Positions 13,969-29,309 are shown, counted from the first letter of the whole stretch. The stretch: DNA of 63,799 bases, filler included, from Octopus bimaculoides (GCF_001194135.2; 5 parts of 5 records of this genome joined end to end with filler, not necessarily neighbours in it); one strand, 5' to 3'. The notes: generated from the sequence alone by a model not told the origin. Numbers and translations are program-made.

Positions 13969-14663
13969 NNNNNNNNNNNNNNNNNNNNNNNNNNNNNNNN
14001 NNNNNNNNNNNNNNNNNNNNNNNNNNNNNNNNNNNNNNNNNNNNNNNNNNNNNNNNNNNNNNNNNNNNNNNNNNNNNNNNNNNNNNNNNNNNNNNNNNNN
14101 NNNNNNNNNNNNNNNNNNNNNNNNNNNNNNNNNNNNNNNNNNNNNNNNNNNNNNNNNNNNNNNNNNNNNNNNNNNNNNNNNNNNNNNNNNNNNNNNNNNN
14201 NNNNNNNNNNNNNNNNNNNNNNNNNNNNNNNNNNNNNNNNNNNNNNNNNNNNNNNNNNNNNNNNNNNNNNNNNNNNNNNNNNNNNNNNNNNNNNNNNNNN
14301 NNNNNNNNNNNNNNNNNNNNNNNNNNNNNNNNNNNNNNNNNNNNNNNNNNNNNNNNNNNNNNNNNNNNNNNNNNNNNNNNNNNNNNNNNNNNNNNNNNNN
14401 NNNNNNNNNNNNNNNNNNNNNNNNNNNNNNNNNNNNNNNNNNNNNNNNNNNNNNNNNNNNNNNNNNNNNNNNNNNNNNNNNNNNNNNNNNNNNNNNNNNN
14501 NNNNNNNNNNTATATGAGCCAGCGAATTGGCCAAAACGTTAGCTTTTCGTATCTTTACTATCTGAGTTCAAATTCTGCTTAAGTGAATGAACCGTTTTCC
14601 ATCTCCCAAGTTTAAATAAATAAATTTCACTGAAGCCGATCTCTGTCTTCCTTTCTTTCTCTC

Positions 14664-14704
<41 letters not shown>

Positions 14705-14941
14705 GCATGTATACATACATAAGTGCTCAGTGCCCAATTACAATGGTCATACCAACGTAAGAAAGCAGTTTGATCGAAGGAAGCTTATCATCTAAGAAAA
14801 TGTAACCACTGGCAAGACAACACCAGTGTTCACATTTTCAGGTATACTTACTTTGTTAAATACATACAAACATACATACATTCATACATAAATACACACG
14901 CACGTATGTGTGTGTATATATATATATATATAAAATATATA

Positions 14942-14977
<36 letters not shown>

Positions 14978-15316
14978 TGTATGCGTGTATGTAGTATTCT
15001 CTTTGCAGGAATATATATAGAACAGGTGTGTGTAGTAATATACTGGCGTATATATGTATGGAGAAGAAGGGGATAGATAGAAGAGAAATAGGTGTACATA
15101 AGTTTGACAGGGATGGTAAGGCACTGCTCTAGGGTTCCATGCTAATTATTCAGCGGAACAACAAGCTATAAGCAGTGACTAATTCCTCATATATAACCAC
15201 TGAAGCGGAAACCAGGTGCGGTCTTAGGTAAATCATATTTCCTCGAAATGTAAACTACGGCAGCGCGCGTGGGTATGTATGTGTGTGTGTATGAGGGAGT
15301 GGAAACGAAATGGAGA

Positions 15317-15359
<43 letters not shown>

Positions 15360-15586
15360 AGGGATTGATATGAAGCATGTGAGGACTGGTGAGTAATTGT
15401 GTGTATGTAACTTTAGGTGTATGAATAAAATGTATATCAATGTACTTGAGCGTCTATGAGTACGCATGCATTTTCCCTCTGAGTGTTCAGGCAATGTTCA
15501 TCATGTAGATTATATAAAATCTTTTAACGTGAAAAAAAGAATACTTCAAATTGAATAATAATAATAATGATAATAATAATAATAAT

Positions 15587-15790
15587 CCTTTCTACTATAG
15601 GCATAAGGCTTGAAATTTTGAAGGAGGGTACCAGTCGATTTAGATCGATCACTGTACGCAACAGGTACTTAATTAATCGACCCCGAAAGGATGACAGGCA
15701 AAATCGACCGCGGTGGAATCTGAACTCAGAACGTAGCGGCAGACGAAACAACGCTAAGCATTTCGCCCGGCGTGCCAACTTACTACCTTA
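15587..15790 (-). mobile_element. tRNA-derived SINE (family A) with (TTA)n tail
   Basis: Reverse complement of family A; (TAA)n at 15554-15586 on the plus strand. Confidence 0.8.
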
Positions 15791-17066
15791 ATAACAACAA
15801 CAACAACAACAACAATAATAATAATAATAATGATAAATAGATAAATAAATAACGGAGGATTTGGTGGAGAGGAAGAATACGTAATGCAAGGGAAAGAATA
15901 AAAAAACTAGCGAATAAAAAATATAAAGGAAGACAGAGATGGAGAGGGAGAGAGGAAAAAGAAAGAAAATAATGACATACAAAAATGGCGGACGAAGAAT
16001 GTTTGTCTTTCAAGGATGAACAAAAGATAATTATGTTGCTAGGAAGGTGCTGATATTGTATGGAAACTCTGTCCATGTATTCCGTACACATACACAGGAA
16101 TATTTTATAATAAACTATGTACATGCGTCCGTATGCACATGTATGTATGTACACACACACACATGTGTATGTGCGTTTGTGTCTGTATTTGTCCTCCAAC
16201 ACTGCTCCTCAACCAGTGTTGGGGTGTTTTCGTTCCCGTAATCTAGATGTTCGTCAGAAGAAACTGACAGAATAAGTACTAGCCCTCAAGACAGTAAGTA
16301 ACGGCGTCTGCTCATTCGATTAATACTCTTTTAAGGTGCTACCTCCACATGACTGCAGTTTAATGATCAAAACAAGTAAATGTTAGTATATAATTTTCTT
16401 TCAGCCCCTGGGACACACCAGGCTAATTACTCGGTTTCCATGGTGTATATATGATTTTCTCTCTCTCTCTTTCTCTCTCACGCACACATACACACAGTGA
16501 TGTATTTATGTAGAATAATACTTCATGTGAATATATATAATACGTGGCTAGTAAAAAGGAAAATAACTGTTAATTTAAATTCACTCAGCAGAATGGAGAA
16601 ATATAGAGAAGGAAAGGTGGGGAAACAAAGGGGTCAACGGCCTACGTAGTTAATGAAATCTCATTTATGATAATGAAGTGCCGTTTTCGAAATCCCACTA
16701 ATTATTAAAAAAAAATATTGCAATGAAATTGACAAAAGTAGAGAAACAGTATGAAAATTTCATCATCACCACCACTACCCTTAACATCATTATCTACTAC
16801 TACTACTAGGGCTGCTGCTGCTTTTATATCAGTCCCTCATTTAACTTGTAGTCTAATTCTTTAAAACGAGGAAGGATATCAGTTGATTTTGGCGTGATAT
16901 GCCTCGTATATTAAAGTGCCGCAACAAGGGCTGCTGGATATTTCTTTTTCTCCGATGTTTTAATGATTGTTAATATTAAGCAAGACTAGTATATGGACTG
17001 AGACATAGCTTAACCAATATTAGTAGATTTTGATACAAGAAATCTATAAAAAGCACTACACACTAC

Positions 17067-17230
17067 CAGTGCCCTCTTAAGGCATGGGTAGATTGGGCAG
17101 TTGCCCGGGGCTTCATAAGTCAAAGCGCTTTTCTAATCTACGTACGCTGTACTATGCAACCATAAATAAATACTGTAAACACTAATGCCTTGATTTTCCC
17201 GGGATCCTATAAGTTGCTAAGACTACCCTG
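17067..17230. mobile_element. Degenerate MITE (cagggccgtctta-type TIR)
   Basis: cagtgccctcttaag ... gctaagactaccctg imperfect 15-bp TIRs; no intact TSD. Confidence 0.5.
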
Positions 17231-18336
17231 CTTATAGCATAACAACTTTGATCTCCAATGATTGTACATCCTTAGAAAAGAAAGTGGTTGAGGACGATTG
17301 AATATACATTAGAATACAAGAATGCACTTATTAATGCTGCCTACTGCCTTTATTACTTTCAAATAGGATCCGATACGTTTCCTTGTCTGTGATGAAAAAA
17401 ATGTTGTAAATCGATTACGTTCGTATCAACGAATTTCTCGCAGAAAATTTGCTTAAACTTCGAGCAGTTAAGGTCTGAACGTAAGCAACACGAATAACGA
17501 AGTATTGATAGCATGTAGGTCAATGACAGGGAAGGTCATAAAGCTGCTACTGTACATGGACCATTCGTATATAAAAGACTAACTCTGGTCTGGACGTATT
17601 ATCCAGCATCAACGAGTCAGTATAAACAACCAATATTGGCGATATTGGAAGTGGACATCACCACTGGATAGGTGGCAAAGTATATTCGGGTCTTCTGTAA
17701 TATAGATGATAGATGTTGCCAGCAGAAAGCATTTCCTGTGCAATACACCACTATTGCATTAAGATGTCTGACACAATCTCATAAAAAAATATCTGAAGGC
17801 TTACTAACGTAGCAAAGCTGATTGACATACGACTATTCACAAAAATTTGAGTTAACCATTTAAATGTACTCTGGCATCCATAAGAGCTTCACCTCTTCCA
17901 GAACAAGGCAAACAAGACAATGCAAAAATACTATTTAACGTTAGCACGTGGAGGAAATTTCATACAGCGCATAATAGAGCTGATGACATTGGCCCCGTCA
18001 TAAAATAAATGGCGTATTAATAATCGACTCAGAAATACTAGATGATTGAAATGTTGTGCGAAAGTGAGTTGAAAACTTGCTGTTGAACTAAAACCCTCAT
18101 GTCAGTCAAGGAATGTGTCTGTGATTCACTCTGCAATAAGCAGACTTGGATTGAAAGGTACATTCCTATAGAACTGCAATACTTAGATCGGTAAACAGGT
18201 TGAAGGATTTTCTTACATAATCTGTACTGAAATTTAACATTTTTGTGAGTCTTAAGTACATTTCATAATCACGGATATTCACGTTAAACTTCAACATCAC
18301 ACTTAAGTTCGACCCTTATTTATTCCTCTCCAAGAT

Positions 18337-18337
18337 A

Positions 18338-18398
<61 letters not shown>
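18337..18398. repeat. (TAA)n microsatellite
   Basis: Direct reading; similar tracts at ~20990-21050 and 46022-46078. Confidence 0.95.
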
Positions 18399-18401
<3 letters not shown>

Positions 18402-20357
18402 TTCACAACTATCTCTTTTGGTTTTTAACATAGGAACGGTACAAATAATTGTAAAATTGATTAATTTGAAGGTAGACCTTGATTGCTGTGTATTTCATCG
18501 AATTCTTGGACTGGATTGGAATTGTGTCCTCTTTCTCTTCTGCCAGCAAGACTGTTTTATTATGAAAGTATTTGATGTTCACGTCTTGTTATATATATAT
18601 ATATATATTACACACACACTTACACACGAATAAACAAAGAAAGACAAATGGCTAAACATTGTTCTATGAAGTCTTACCACTTTATGTGAAAATTATTATC
18701 AAATATGATGGCAGAGCGTAATATTAATGACGGCATTGTGATTTGCTGGCCACGCCAACGGGAACTTATAAAAGCAAATCGTTTTGGCTATATAACTGAG
18801 TGCATTATTAGCTATAAAAGAAGTATTACATTAGCTGAGACATAAAGATTTCCTTCCGATCAAAGAGCACTTAGGAATGAAAAGATGATTTGTTTTACAA
18901 ATTATAGATGAGCACCTTATTAGCTATAAATTGCCATCGATTTAGCTACAGTCGAGTAACTTAATAGCATACAATTACATACAACAGTATCGGTACTTAA
19001 CTATATAAATTGTATGACCGTCCGACATAAGGCATTGCTACCTGCTACTTATATGAAAAACCTTTAGGAACAATAATAATAATAGTAGTAATATTAGTAG
19101 CAAACCACTGACATAGCCTTTATGTAGTCACTCGTATTGTAAGTAATAGCAAATATCCATCAGATCATACTTAAGGATTGTTTAAAATTTTGGTAGTGGG
19201 TATAATGTAGTCATACATGCATTATTATAAAGATAAGAGGAGATGGTTACGGCTAGAACGCCTATGATATGCTAGCTCGATCAAGGTAGAGCTGAATTCG
19301 AATATCACCAGCATCGATGACGCGGTTCTGAAATGTTCAGCTGTGAATTTTGTCCTTTTGTGTTCGATATATAAGGTAGTCTAGGACGATGTTTTGATAA
19401 AATTGGTCAAAGAGGCCCTGTTCCCTTGAAGACCAATTATGTGGATCCAGAATTCAGACGAATCCATCAAAAATCTAGCAGCATTCAAATATCGACAGTG
19501 TAGATACACGCTATCTTGTAAGGGACCTTGAGTGATTTCCTTCACATTGATACCTTTTTCTACATATTCGTCATTCACAACAGTTAAAGGGAGTATAGTT
19601 TAAAAGCATTTGTGAGGGGAAACAATAGTGGTACAGGCGAGGAATACTACCGGTCACCAAAATTAAATACATGAGATGTGTTAGAAAAGTAAAGTAAAAT
19701 TTGCTTACTAAGAGAAAATACTTGAGAAATAGTATAACTCTGAGCAGTTATTATACTTCCTTGAGACAGAGGGTTAGAAACGTAGTGCTTGTACGTTAGT
19801 ACAACGCGAAATGTGTTAGAATAGAAATGAAGTGGTCGTAAATATAAAGATATGTGAATAGCAGTGTACAATACGCCTGAGACCGCTTTAAAGTGACATA
19901 AACGAAAACCTTCCATTACAATGTTAATTTATGCTCAAAGCACCAGTTAAATAATTACAAAGTTATTTTACTAAATTCTTCATTACTTTTATGATTAATT
20001 GAAACAAATACAGTGCATGTCAACCGAAATTTGCAAACAAAAGGATTCAGATATATTGGCATATACATAACACCACATATACTCGCAGATTTGGGAACCC
20101 CTAAATAACATACACACGCGCGCGCGTATTCCTACGTATATACAAATATGCATCTTTGTCTGACAGCCTGCCTCTCATCCTCCTCAATCCTTGTGTGTGG
20201 ACAAATTGGACAATGTTTCAGAGCGCCAAACAAAACATTCCGATATATATTCCGGGTCTTTACACTCGCAGTTCGAATCCCGTTCAGATTTCGACTGCAC
20301 AATACACTTTTACAGATTGATCGAATTGTGTGAGTGAGTGTAAGAGAGAAAAAAAGG

Positions 20358-20411
<54 letters not shown>

Positions 20412-20634
20412 TGCAGACCGACAGATAGAGACAGAGATACCGAGAAAGAGAGAGAGAGTAAAAAAGAGAGAGTGAGAGAGACTGCTAATGAATCTTCAGT
20501 CAAGTCACAAAACTAATGTGGCGTGATTTCATAAGAACACTGTGCGAAAGATTTTTCCCTAGCATTTCATTTCATACGTAAATGTGTGTTTGTGTGGGTG
20601 TATATATATAAGTGTGTGTGTGTGTGTATGTATG

Positions 20635-20672
<38 letters not shown>

Positions 20673-20983
20673 GACATACACACACACACGCGCGCGCACA
20701 TATTTCTATAAACATGATAAGAAGGTGAGAAAGCGAAGCACTTTGTTGTGCGCATGCTGTAAAAGTGTTTTAGTAGTTGCATCTATTTGCCTTATTGTTG
20801 ATGTATTTCATATTACTAATTAAAGCTTTGTTAATAGGTAAATGAGCGTGTAAAGCGATCAGGGTGCACATTAATATAGCTGCAACAGTTGTGTAATTAA
20901 AGCAGGCGGCGTATGATTGTGGTTAATGAACAAAGTTCATTGCTTTGCTGGGACACATCGTATGCGATTGATCAATGGAATGC

Positions 20984-21051
<68 letters not shown>

Positions 21052-22345
21052 TCTATATCACCACTTCTCCTGATGATGACGATGATGATGATAGTGGTGA
21101 TAATGCTGATAATGAATTTTATTGGCTACAAGGGCTGAGAACGTCGGGGAGCGTATAGAAGCGAAATTATATAAAAAGCAAAGAAAAAGTAAACTGAAGG
21201 GGTAGCTAGCAGCTAGTAAAAAAAGGGGCAAGATCAATAATAAACAATAAAAAACACATTAGAAAATCGATAACAATAAATAGCGGTAACAATATGCAAC
21301 AACATACCAAAAAAGAGGATTGCCAAAATGGCCGCCAATCACACACACAGTTTGTGGGAATTGTTACACAATCCCGAATGAATCGATGTACTGAAAGCTG
21401 GGAAGTTGTTTCAGTCATTGCTGCCAGTCTGAAACAGCATAGCTAGAGATATATATTTATATTAATGTCATACACATTTCGTCAAATTTTTGCTAGAGGT
21501 CGGTACAGGTCTCTATACCCTTCTTTCTTTAAGGGCCACTTGGAGAAATTAGCAGAAAAGGAAGAAAATTGCAATCCTTTCTCCCTTTCAAGTGTGACCA
21601 ATTCACATAGATTTTGTCTGACGTAGCTACACGATAGTGAAAGTCTACTGGCTAGCCCTTCCTTTCTAAAAAAAATGATGAACCGATCTTCTGTGACAGA
21701 TTGGGCTGACACTTGGATCTGTCTAACAGATGATGGCAGCCATTTTGCGTAAATCCACATAGCAAAAATATTAAGAATTTTAAAATCGCATTCTGGACCA
21801 TTTCGTAATTCAAGAAACATTTTGGTCAGGTCTGCTTACTAGTAACCCAAACAAATCTATAGGTTCAGAATTTATTTCCAACAGCAGCACCACCTGAGCT
21901 GTCCACGTCAAAAAGCATTCATTTTAATCACTTACTTTGGTACCGCGACATAAGATTGGTTAGTTTAAGTTTAAGGGTTATAAAAGATTCCATCAGCCAC
22001 TACAATGTCATTACGACACATTACATATACTTGGAAGAGTCAACGGCAATATATGGGTATATATACATATACATATATACATATATATATATATACACAT
22101 ATATATANNNNNNNNNNNNNNNNNNNNNNNNNNNNNNNNNNNNNNNNNNNNNNNNNNNNNNNNNNNNNNNNNNNNNNNNNNNNNNNNNNNNNNNNNNNNN
22201 NNNNNNNTATATATATATATATATATTTATATATTTATATGTATATATATATATATACATACATATATATACGCACACATATATATATACACGCACACAC
22301 GTAATATATGTAGATAGATTCATACATACATATATGTAATTATAT

Positions 22346-22381
<36 letters not shown>

Positions 22382-23067
22382 GCACACACGCACATATACA
22401 AATGTGTGTACGTACGTATTAATATATATATATATAACTGTGTGCGTGTACGTTTCTATGTGTGCACGCGCGCGATGTGTTAGTGAATATGTGCGTGCGA
22501 GTGTTTGAGCGTCTAATTTTTAATGTACAAAATAAATATAATTGATAATTGTTTACGAAACAGAAGACTATAAACTATCAATTCATATGTTTGTATACAT
22601 AAGACATACTCATCCAGGCACACTTATGAACGAAGTGTATGTGTTCGTGTTTGTGTGTGTGTCTACGTGAGCGTGTGCGTGTGTGTATGTATGTGTGTGT
22701 TAATAAACAAACATGCTCTGACAGGATACAGTAGATGAGTGACAGACAAAAACGCTGCACAAAAACGTGTATGTCTAAAATTGTTAAAGCATAATGCACC
22801 GCCTCTCTGTGTTGTTCAAAACATCCACAATAAGGATTTTATTATATAGAAATATAAATACGTACACCCATACAAATATACATAGAAACCCTAAAGCCTA
22901 TGTGTGTATATATGTATGTATACACACACATACAGAGAGAGAGAGAGAGTAGAGACGATACATCCACTCAAAGATATGCATCTGAAAATTTCTGCAAACA
23001 CATTTATGTCGATGTACATTATATATATATATGAGTGTGTGTGTGTGCGTGTGTGAGTGTGTGTGTG

Positions 23068-23164
<97 letters not shown>

Positions 23165-23520
23165 CCATATATGCGTGGGCCTTTGTGAACCGTCACCCTA
23201 AGCTAGAAGCCCTAACAATAACATATTCATATATTCACACACATACAAACCCATACATAAACGGACACACAGCCACATGCGCACGCTCGTGATATTCTCT
23301 GCTAAACTTATTAACCCAAATCCGACCCGCTTGTATTACAGCCATGTAAAAGTCTACTAACCTACGACGCCATCACTACCAGCCGCCATATTACAATGTC
23401 TGCCACACATATGTACACCACCCTCGCTGCAAATGGCAGACAACATCTTTATGTTGGTTCTGAAGATATTTTCAAATCTGTAAGCTATGTCGCCAATCCC
23501 CACCCCTCATATTTAAATAC

Positions 23521-23599
<79 letters not shown>

Positions 23600-24172
23600 C
23601 ATATGCATATACATAAGTATTTATGTGTATGTATATATTTACCAATCTATCTATATGTGTGTGTATGTATGTATATGTGGGTGTGAGTATGTATGTATTC
23701 AACTTTACATATTGTTCTAGTTTCACCTAGGGACCTAAAAGCACAATTAAAAGCGTTCCAGACCTGTTCCTCCAATTCACATTCAAACGGTGTAACTATT
23801 TGTAGTAAAGTGAACAACGTCTGTATGCATATATATTTATGAATAAATCCGTGCATAGAAATGGAAAGTCTTATCAATAAATGTCTGTGTGTGCATGAGT
23901 GTGTGTATGTGTGTGTGAGTATGTGCATGTGTGTAAGAACGTGAGCATGTATTCGAAGATTTTATAAAATACATAGACACGCATACACACACACACACCT
24001 TTATGAATATACACCTACAGTAATGTACACCTACAGTAATGTTCGTTCATCAGGTGTATTCGTATATTTTGTGTGTCTGCATTGGTGAGACTGAGTACTT
24101 TACTGTGAACTGCACCGACTTAATTAACGATGTGTCAAATTAAGATTAGAAGCCAGCCAAGTGAAATATATA

Positions 24173-24210
<38 letters not shown>

Positions 24211-24634
24211 AATATATATATTATCATTACCATTATTATTATCATCATTATTATTATCATTATTATAAACACATTCCACGCTGCAATTGTTTTATATATA
24301 TATATATNNNNNNNNNNNNNNNNNNNNNNNNNNNNNNNNNNNNNNNNNNNNNNNNNNNNNNNNNNNNNNNNNNNNNNNNNNNNNNNNNNNNNNNNNNNNN
24401 NNNNNNNNNNNNNNNNNNNNNNNNNNNNNNNNNNNNNNNNNNNNNNNNNNNNNNNNNNNNNNNNNNNNNNNNNNNNNNNNNNNNNNNNNNNNNNNNNNNN
24501 NNNNNNNNNNNNNNNAGAGGGAGAGAGAGAGGGGGGAGAGGGAGAGAGAGGGAGAGAGAGGGAGAGATAGAGAGAGAGAGAGAGATAGATAGAGAGAGAG
24601 ATACACTCATGCTTATATACATATCTTAATTTAC

Positions 24635-24670
<36 letters not shown>

Positions 24671-25708
24671 TTGCACATATATTTATTGTATGTAGCATAT
24701 AAACATACATATATGCACGCTTATATACACACACACATGCGTATATAAATACATAAATATATTCACAGACATGTATGTTACATATATATATCTTTAGAAA
24801 TACACACAGGCATACATACATCTATAGGTGTTTCAGGTGATTGTGTGTGTGTGTGTGTGTCGGTATGTGTGTGTATGTGCATGATTATGTTTATGTGCGC
24901 GTCTGTAAGTCCGCGTGTATGTGGGTATGTATACTTTAATGAGGAAACGTCTAGAAAATTGAATTTGCATAACATTATTTGATAAGTATTTGCGATATAC
25001 ATATTTTTTTTAATGTATTTTTTTAATGTATTTTTAATGTATTTTTTTTTTACACACTGGCAATCGTTGAAATATTATTATTACCTTTATTAATATTATC
25101 ATTATCGTCCATCATCATCATCATCATCACCAACACTACCACCATTATTCTGATGTGTATACGTATGTGTATGCATGTGTATCAATATATAGTTGTATAT
25201 ATTTGAGTTGCCTGAAAACTAGCATACGTATATATATATATATATATATATATATATNNNNNNNNNNNNNNNNNNNNNNNNNNNNNNNNNNNNNNNNNNN
25301 NNNNNNNNNNNNNNNNNNNNNNNNNNNNNNNNNNNNNNNNNNNNNNNNNNNNNNNNNNNNNNNNNNNNNNNNNNNNNNNNNNNNNNNNNNNNNNNNNNNN
25401 NNNNNNNNNNNNNNNNNNNNNNNNNNNNNNNNNNNNNNNNNNNNNNNNNNNNNNNNNNNNNNNNNNNNNNNNNNNNNNNNNNNNNNNNNNNNNNNNNNNN
25501 NNNNNNNNNNNNNNNNNNNNNNNNNNNNNNNNNNNNNNNNNNNNNNNNNNNNNNNNNNNNNNNNNNNNNNNNNNNNNNNNNNNNNNNNNNNNNNNNNNNN
25601 NNNNNNNNNNNNNNNNNNNNNNNNNNNNNNNNNNNNNNNNNNNNNNNNNNNNNNNNNNNNNNNNNNNNNNNNNNNNNNNNNNNNNNNNNNNNNNNNNNNN
25701 NNNNNNNN

Positions 25709-25747
<39 letters not shown>

Positions 25748-26704
25748 AATGTTTATGTATGTTTCTATGTGTGTGAGTATATTATGTGTGTGTATATATT
25801 TATATATTTATATATATATGTATAATTACAAATACACACATACGCATATATATGCATAAATATATTTATAAATTTCTGTGTGTGTGTATCCATATATATA
25901 TATATATATAAGATTGAAAAACATACATACCCGCACACACATAAGATTGTGTTCGTTATACGTGTATCAAATAACCACTCAAGCGGTGAAATATCGACAT
26001 ATAATTTATTTACTTCATTCATTGAGCTTCAGCAAGTTTTTTCACTTCGTTAAACCAGGCCTAGCTTCGGGAGTACTTCAGATCTTACTATAATCATCTC
26101 AAGACAGACATGAACACTTTAGACACACACACACACGCAACTAAGCGCTTCAATGTATGTACGTTGAAATCCACCTTAACACACTCGTTCCATAACCGAC
26201 TTGTCAAAGAACGATTTCTTGTAACTACATGTATTCTGCTTTTGAGTTGATAGTGGCGGCAACTTCTTTTAAACCGCTATGACTTGTGAGGAACAATAAA
26301 TAAATAAATAAATAAATAAAAAGAAATACATGTTTGGAAATCTTGGAGTACTTTGATATTCAAATATATACCGGAAGACTTTAAAAATTCTACGTTTACA
26401 GATAAAGAGAACGTGGTGTTTTGATATGATTGTAATTAAGAATATATGTTTGGCTTAATGAATACCTTGAATAACATTCAGAGGAAGGGGCAGCATGGTT
26501 CCAATACTGATTTTCATTTCAAGACATGGGATGGTAATTATTGAAAGAGTGAATTTAATTATTGTCGCTCTAGCTAAGTAAATGTTACATTAGATATACC
26601 CCCTACTCCGAGTATTGAGTCAACGTATGAGAAGATACTCAGCTACTAATTTAATGCTGCCATATACATATGCATATATATATATATATATGCATATATA
26701 TATG

Positions 26705-26750
<46 letters not shown>

Positions 26751-26850
26751 NNNNNNNNNNNNNNNNNNNNNNNNNNNNNNNNNNNNNNNNNNNNTTAATT
26801 AATTAANNNNNNNNNNNNNNNNNNNNNNNNNNNNNNNNNNNNNNNNNNNN
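26751..26850. other. Artificial scaffold-join spacer
   Basis: 44 N + TTAATTAATTAA + 44 N. Confidence 0.95.
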
Positions 26851-27789
26851 TGAATGGAAAGGAAAAAAGTTGGTAAATATTTCAGTGTGAATGCAAATAG
26901 CTATTACATGGTAGAAGGATATGCTAAAAAGAGCAGTCACATCTTCCCTTTCCTGGAAAAAGGAGCCGTTTACACTTGATTTTGATGTCACATTGGTTGA
27001 AAGCATGCAAAATAACCTGGAAAAGAAAAGAAGACCTGCAAAACAAACTTCGAGGTCCCCACCACCCCTCCCACCTTTCTTTCACAGAAAAAAGTGGCTT
27101 GCAGCTGGTTTGGAGATCAGATACATTGAATGCACCTGAAAAAACTGTGGAAAAAAATTATTCCACACCAAGGTACGAAATATTTACCAAAAGAATAAAA
27201 CCTTGTACCGATTATGCATGTATCTTAATTCAAATTAATATACCTCATCTTGAAAAGTGGCAAAATTTTTGTTGGTTGCCATCTGGGATAATTTTAGTAA
27301 CAAATCAAACAGGTAAGATGCATTAAGAATTTCAATTTTAGTGTCTATCCATAATATTATTGCTTTTACACCTGTTAGTTAAATTTACCTGCCCATAAAA
27401 GTCAAATTGACTCTGCAAGATCAGCTAAAATTAAATAACTATAATCTAGTGGTATATAAAGCACCCACTGACAAAATTTTTAATTTGTATGTAAAAAAAT
27501 TTACAAAGTTACAAGCAAATATTGTGGATACCCCTCTTGACAGATTAATATAAACACTAAAGATGTTGTTAGGTGTTTTTTTTTCTTTCACACACACATA
27601 ACACAACCTCACTCAGTTGGGACTACATGTGTGTTACTTTGACATCATCATTCCATAAAATGTGTTTATGGGGAGAAAAATATTGAAAAATATCAACAGA
27701 TGTGTGAGTGAGAAAGAAATGAGGAGGGAGGTTTTGGGATGTGCTAGAAACAACAGCCAGATCTTCTTTAAATCACACATTTTCCTCTG

Positions 27790-28330
27790 AAATGATTAAC
27801 AATTTTTAAAAATCAAAAATGTTTCTCTTACGGGTTTTAAGTGCGTAGTGAAAAAAAATGGCCAAGTGGGAGTAAAAAAATATATATTTTCAAAATTTTT
27901 TTCTTTTTTTCACAAAGAGATGCCTCCCGTCATTCTGAAGACTTTGGTGAAAAACAATGGAAAAAATCCCCATCAAAACAAAAATTCCAACTTATGTGGG
28001 CTGTCTGATCTGAAACTCCGTTTTCCAGAAACTCCCCCAGCCCCCTTCCAAAATTTTGCCTACAAATTTCTTTGTAATCATAATCTACACTGTCTGAAAG
28101 GTATTTGCATAAAATTTCATTAAAAAATACCGATTTTCCAGAAAGTTATGAGGAGAGGAAATGTCGGGTCCTGTGAATTTTCCGAAACTCCTCTCCCTAA
28201 CCTCTTAGAAAATGTTTTTCCAACAAATCTTTACATACATTCAATCTACAGGATATAAACGATTATTTCGTGAAAGTTTCGTTAAAACATATCCATTTTC
28301 CTGGAAGTTATGAGGCAACAAAGTTGTTGG
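27790..28330. repeat. Helentron/HINE-like core repeat (~160-bp unit twice)
   Basis: aaaatttcattaaaaaataccgattttccagaaagttatgagg (28111-53) and gaaagtttcgttaaaacatatccattttcctggaagttatgagg (28272-315), each preceded by aatctaca. Confidence 0.35.
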
Positions 28331-29309
28331 GGGTATTAAACTGTAGATATGCCTTTTTTCAATAAAAGTTAACTTTAACAGATTAATGTTAACTTCTGTT
28401 ACGTTTTCGAAGAATTACAGGATTAATGATTAATGAAGTTAACTTTTCGATTAACAGTGCCCACCTATGTGTGTCTATATATATATATATAAAATCATCA
28501 TCATCCTCATCATCATTTTCATCATTTAATATCCATCTTCTATGCTGGCATGAGTTGAACAGTTTACAGGAGCTGGCAACCCAGAGAGCTGCACCACGCA
28601 CCAGTCATCTGCTTTGGCATGGTTTCTATGATTGAATGCCCTTCCAAACACCAACCACTTTACAGAGGGTACTGGGTATTTTTTACAAGTCAACAGCTCT
28701 GGTACCTAGCCAAGTGACATGTGAGACGAAGACTTCTCAGCTGGGAGAGGGAGTGGAACCAAGAGAAGTGGCTTTGTGCTAGGTGGGAGGGTAGAGTATA
28801 ATAAAGATGTTTTACTATGAAGGAGATACTTGGCTAACCCAGTAGGAAAAAAGGAGAGGGGGGAGATACAATTAGGGAGAGATACAATTAGGGAGAAAAA
28901 GAAACAACCAAAGTGAGAGAGAGAAAGAAATTGTATTGGAGATACATCGGGGTGGAGAACAGTGGAGGGAGAGTATAAGTGATACAGAGGGGATAGAAGG
29001 GGATGTTCCATAAGAGTGTGAGGGGAGATGTTTAGAGAAGTGGAGGAGGTGACTGTAGCAAGTGATGGTGAGAGAAATTTGAGTGGCTGGGAGTGGGGTA
29101 TGGTAGAAAAGTGAGGACATGGAGAGTGTGAGGATTGGCACATGAGAGAGTGGAGGGGCTTGCAGTGGGTGGTAATCATGGGTGGTGGGAATAAAAGGGG
29201 TATTGGGGAGGTGAGTTGTGAGAGAATTTTGGCAGAGGACAGATTATGTGAGTGAGCTGAGGACATGGCTGTAAAGGACATAGCAGTAAAGGACATGCCT
29301 GTATGTATA

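Noticed and set aside
16225-16260. Minus-strand CTGACGA...GAAA string
   Set aside because: A mutated family B SINE segment; no stems II or III.
20255-20300. tRNA-like B-box (gttcgaatccc)
   Set aside because: No cloverleaf; a SINE-head remnant. Other tRNA-like strings are also SINE heads.
26921-27326. Two overlapping plus-strand ORFs (72 and 116 aa)
   Set aside because: No recognisable domain or convincing splice pair; compatible with chance.
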